This document shows positions 62,966 through 64,000 of a stretch of DNA of 64,000 bases, piece by piece (within the stretch, counting starts at the first letter, position 1; the number at the start of each line of letters is the position of its first letter). The stretch is taken from NCBI GenBank assembly GCA_002269645.1, contig NIVC01000412.1, positions 930,001 through 994,000 of the forward strand, given 5' to 3'. This DNA comes from Macrostomum lignano (lineage: Eukaryota). The position numbers and the translations under genes were made by a program. The notes below the pieces were generated by a model. That model saw nothing but the letters and a program-made list of their open reading frames with translations, was not told the origin of the DNA and searched no databases.

Positions 62966-63541
62966 TTATCCGAAAAATTCGGTAACGCGATCCTTCGGAG
63001 CGCAGTGCACTCCAACGCCGACGAGCTTGGAGGCGTAAGCGACACTCCAGCTTGCCTTATCATCAGTGTCCGGATTCTCGCAGATCAGTTTGTACACCGG
63101 CACGGAGCGCATTACCGGAATGCAGTCGCCAGAGCAGGTGACATTCAGCAGGTAGGTTGGGACCGAGTAGCTCGACGAATACCTGATAAATCTGTATGTT
63201 GGCGGGCAGGCTCGGTTTGTTGCTTTGCTCGCGATTGAAATCTTTGTGAAATTTATCGGGTTCGTCTCAGTTTGATTGAAATCGACCCAGTTTTTGGCCA
63301 GAGTTCTCCTCAGCTCGGCGAGCAGGTCGTACGCCTCCAGAGTGGTCTGGTTCACCTGCGGTCGTTTCAGCTCGATCAGAAACGGGCCGTCGGGCACGCC
63401 GCCAGTCAGGTTGCACAGGGACTCGACGCGGCTGCCACTTGCCTCCTCAAATACTCGACCGCTACTTGACAGCTGCTGACTGTGGAGTACCAAGCTTGCC
63501 ATCAGCAGGGCTACATACATGTACTGCAAGCGGTGCAACAT
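62966..63541 (-). CDS. Secreted cystine-knot-like protein B, 191 aa
   Basis: ATG at 63541 (the track start at 63568 is TTG); hydrophobic signal YMYVALLMASLVL; 6 mature Cys including CSGDC (C-x-G-x-C); paralogous to protein A. Confidence 0.85.
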   Translation of the reverse strand: MLHRLQYMYVALLMASLVLHSQQLSSSGRVFEEASGSRVESLCNLTGGVPDGPFLIELKRPQVNQTTLEAYDLLAELRRTLAKNWVDFNQTETNPINFTKISIASKATNRACPPTYRFIRYSSSYSVPTYLLNVTCSGDCIPVMRSVPVYKLICENPDTDDKASWSVAYASKLVGVGVHCAPKDRVTEFFG

Positions 63542-63620
63542 GACTATTGTGTCTCCCGCTTCTATCAACTCTACAGACCGTTGTCAACCTTGCTAATACC
63601 TGCGGCGGAGTCTGGGTCAG

Positions 63621-63627
63621 TTTTATA
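63621..63627 (-). promoter_or_regulatory. TATA box of secreted protein B
   Basis: The - strand reads TATAAAA about 80 nt upstream of the ATG, a spacing similar to paralog A. Confidence 0.5.
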
Positions 63628-64000
63628 CAGCCAGCCTACATTTCCCGCGGGATTTATCACAGCATCACCGGCTTCATCTATGAGTCAGCATTGGTCAATT
63701 CTCGGCAAAATCTATTTTTACCTCAAAGAAGTCCCTAATTTAGCCATTAGATGGATCATTGCAATTCGCAGGGTAACCCCTGCTGCCCCCCTACGCGGAT
63801 GGGGTAATTCAGCATTACTGGCACCTGCAGAAATTCTGCTGACTATATTTAGAAATGAATCTAGCTTGTCATTGGCTGAATTCGACTTTTTGAATTTTCT
63901 GGATTTAAAATTGGCTCTAGCGTGTGGATTTGGCAGTGCAGATGCCAGTCTGAAACGAGTCATAGCGTTTAGGGAGGTCGCAGACAGTTTTAAATAGACG

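Noticed and set aside
56088-63541. GPCR and adjacent secreted pair as a linked receptor-ligand module
   Set aside because: Only proximity supports it. IL-17, Spaetzle, PTTH and trunk-type ligands use single-pass receptors, and this GPCR lacks the LRR ectodomain of glycoprotein-hormone receptors.

Overview
Eukaryotic (animal) genomic DNA, not prokaryotic; no CRISPR array, rRNA or intact tRNA gene was found. Short GC-rich exons with poly-Gln/Gly tracts, satellite-filled introns, TTAGGG tracts and an intronless FMRFamide/Rho-L-type GPCR suggest a flatworm such as Macrostomum (inference). Host genes: (1) TRAPPC8, + strand, 12 coding exons at 1618-42012, about 1472 aa, all splice phases consistent, probably with one GC-AG intron; (2) an SNX25-like sorting nexin (TM-PXA-RGS-PX-PXC), + strand, 4 exons at 46901-51555, about 1095 aa; (3) an intronless class A peptide GPCR, - strand, 56088-57416; (4) two tandem, diverged 191-aa secreted paralogs with a shared 6-Cys cystine-knot-like pattern, - strand, 61386-61961 and 62966-63541. 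The 18-kb first intron of TRAPPC8 holds a Merlin-type MITE and an intact two-ORF APE-RT-RNaseH non-LTR retrotransposon. That retrotransposon sits inside a 23-bp satellite, which itself lies within Helitron-like units. Almost every other intron carries a different mini- or microsatellite. Most interesting: the orphan cystine-knot cytokine-like pair; 16 perfect tandem CRE palindromes upstream of the GPCR; Helitron 3' ends terminating satellite blocks; a minisatellite built from a SINE Pol III A-box; the ambiguous 70-nt plus A10 tag at the LINE 5' end; and a SINE pair with a strong CpG-decay signature. All homology calls come from recalled family motifs, not from database searches.
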